From an uncultured delta proteobacterium (GTDB lineage: Bacteria; Desulfobacterota; Zymogenia; Zymogenales; Zymogenaceae): a DNA stretch of 64,000 bases. Where the stretch lies: assembly GCA_963792965.1 (NCBI GenBank), contig CAWBYW010000007.1, forward strand, positions 32,001-96,000. The letters are read 5' to 3'. The notes under the pieces were generated by a model. That model saw only the letters and a program-made list of their open reading frames with translations. It searched no databases and was not told the origin of the DNA. This document shows, piece after piece, positions 62,464 to 64,000 of this stretch. Position numbers and translations under genes: made by a program. Numbering within the stretch: position 1 is the stretch's first letter; each line of letters opens with the position of its first letter.

Positions 62464-64000
62464 TCACATGAACATCTCGTCCTTCTCCATCTCCAGGATC
62501 CTATCACGGATCTCGGCCGCCTTCTCGAAGTCGAGGTCGTGGGCGGCCTTGCGCATCTGTTTTCTGAGCTTCTCGATGTAGCGCTTCAGCTCGTGCTGAG
62601 ACTTAAACTTCAGCTCTTCCTTTTCCTCTCTCTGGACGGTATAGTAGTCCTGCTCGTAGATCGAGGTGAGGATCTCGCTGATCTCCTTCTTGATCGTGGC
62701 GGGGGTGATATTATTTTCGACGTTATACTCATTCTGGATCTTTCTCCTCCGATTTGACTCCGCGATGGCCGCCTCCATGGAGCGCGTGACGACGTCGGCG
62801 TACATGATGACCGTCCCGTCCAGGTTCCGTGCCGCCCGGCCGCTCGTCTGGATGAGGGAGCGCGCCGACCTCAGGAAACCCTCCTTGTCTGCGTCGAGAA
62901 TCGCCACCAGCGACACCTCCGGGATATCGAGCCCCTCCCTGAGCAGGTTGATACCGACGAGCACGTCGAACTTTCCGAGTCTCAGGTCCCGTATGATCGC
63001 CACCCGTTCCAGTGTCTCCACCTCCGAGTGGAGGTAGCGCGTCCTGATCCCAAGGCTTGCGTAGTACTCCGTCAGCTCCTCGGCCATCCGTTTTGTCAGG
63101 GTGGTCACCAGGACGCGGTTTCCCGCCGCCACCTGTCTCTTGATCTCGTCCAGGAGGTTATCGACCTGGTGCAGCGCCGGCCGCACCTCCACGCGCGGGT
63201 CCATCAGCCCCGTAGGGCGGATGATCTGCTCCACCACCACGCCGCCCGATTTTTTCAGCTCGAAATCAGCCGGGGTGGCCGATACGTAGACCGTCTGGTT
63301 GGTCATCGCCTCGAACTCATCGAAGGTAAGGGGGCGGTTATCCAGCGCCGAGGGAAGGCGGAACCCATACTCCACGAGCGTCCCCTTGCGGGAGCGGTCC
63401 CCCCGGAACATGCCGCCAATCTGCGGGATCGTGATATGTGACTCGTCCAGGAAGATGAGCCACTCCTTGGGGAAGTAGTCCAGGAGCGTTGGCGGGGGTT
63501 GACCGGGGAGCCTGCCGGTCAGGTGGCGCGAATAGTTTTCGATCCCCTGGCAGTAGCCGATTTCGCGCATCATCTCCAGGTCGAAACGCGTGCGCTCATC
63601 GATCCGCTGGGCCTCCAACAGCTTATTGTTGTCACGAAAGAACTTGACGCGCTCGGCGAGTTCCTCCTGGATCGTCTCGACGGCGCGCAGCATCAGCTCC
63701 CTCGGGGTGACATAGTGGCTGCCGGGAAAGAGCGTCACTTCCGTCAGCTCGGACGTGACGCGCCCGCGCAGGGGATCGATGTAGGCGATCCGCTCGACCG
63801 TATCGCCGTCGTACTGGACGCGGATGGCTCGGGCGTCCTCGTAGGCGGGGAAGATTTCGATGGTGTCACCCCGGACACGGAACGTTCCCCGCGAAAAGTC
63901 GATGTCGTTTCGGTCGTACTTGCTCTCGACCAGAGACAACAACAGCTCGTCCCGAAAAAAATTCTCCCCGACGACAAGCCTCACGACCATGTCGGCATAG
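62464..64000 (-). CDS. uvrB: Excinuclease ABC subunit B, 3' part (5' end lies beyond the window)
   Basis: [69 protein letters not shown]-terminal FEKAAEIRD. Confidence 0.97.
   Translation of the reverse strand, partial: YADMVVRLVVGENFFRDELLLSLVESKYDRNDIDFSRGTFRVRGDTIEIFPAYEDARAIRVQYDGDTVERIAYIDPLRGRVTSELTEVTLFPGSHYVTPRELMLRAVETIQEELAERVKFFRDNNKLLEAQRIDERTRFDLEMMREIGYCQGIENYSRHLTGRLPGQPPPTLLDYFPKEWLIFLDESHITIPQIGGMFRGDRSRKGTLVEYGFRLPSALDNRPLTFDEFEAMTNQTVYVSATPADFELKKSGGVVVEQIIRPTGLMDPRVEVRPALHQVDNLLDEIKRQVAAGNRVLVTTLTKRMAEELTEYYASLGIRTRYLHSEVETLERVAIIRDLRLGKFDVLVGINLLREGLDIPEVSLVAILDADKEGFLRSARSLIQTSGRAARNLDGTVIMYADVVTRSMEAAIAESNRRRKIQNEYNVENNITPATIKKEISEILTSIYEQDYYTVQREEKEELKFKSQHELKRYIEKLRKQMRKAAHDLDFEKAAEIRDRILEMEKDEMFM

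Overview
This is a GC-rich bacterial chromosomal window. Gene content and order point to a deltaproteobacterial (Desulfobacterota-like) diderm anaerobe, which is an inference. Most of it is housekeeping: yqeY-mutS2-dnaG-rpoD, rpoN-hpf-ptsN-hprK-rapZ-mannose-family PTS-ptsH-ptsI-metK-ahcY, leuS-lptE-holA, rpsT, murJ-ogt-metF, uvrC-fadD-comEC and uvrB. Two accessory areas stand out. (1) 24.4-33.5 kb holds a tight operon behind a perfect TGTGA-N6-TCACA palindrome: YdbH-like, YnbE/YdbL-like lipoprotein, FmdB zinc ribbon, a Memo-AMMECR1 fusion with a signal peptide, and an AmmeMemoRadiSam radical SAM enzyme with a twin-arginine signal. The operon faces a polytopic spermidine-synthase-fold protein whose SAM-binding domain is predicted to be periplasmic. 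This is the best candidate for an undescribed system, namely SAM-dependent chemistry outside the cytoplasm. (2) A block of about 14 kb between uvrC and uvrB holds a CrtI/RetSat-like flavoprotein with an FNR-[2Fe-2S] partner, tatA, an NRMT-type Mg2+ transporter with a soluble MgtE-like partner, an exported SnoaL protein and an IorAB-XdhC-MocA-MoeA molybdoenzyme cluster. Several genes carry single-base frameshifts (mutS2, DUF1015, rapZ start, ahcY many times, EamA, ogt, mocA), probably assembly indels. I saw no tRNA, rRNA, CRISPR array, transposase or integrase. All family calls come from recognising motifs by eye; no searches were run.
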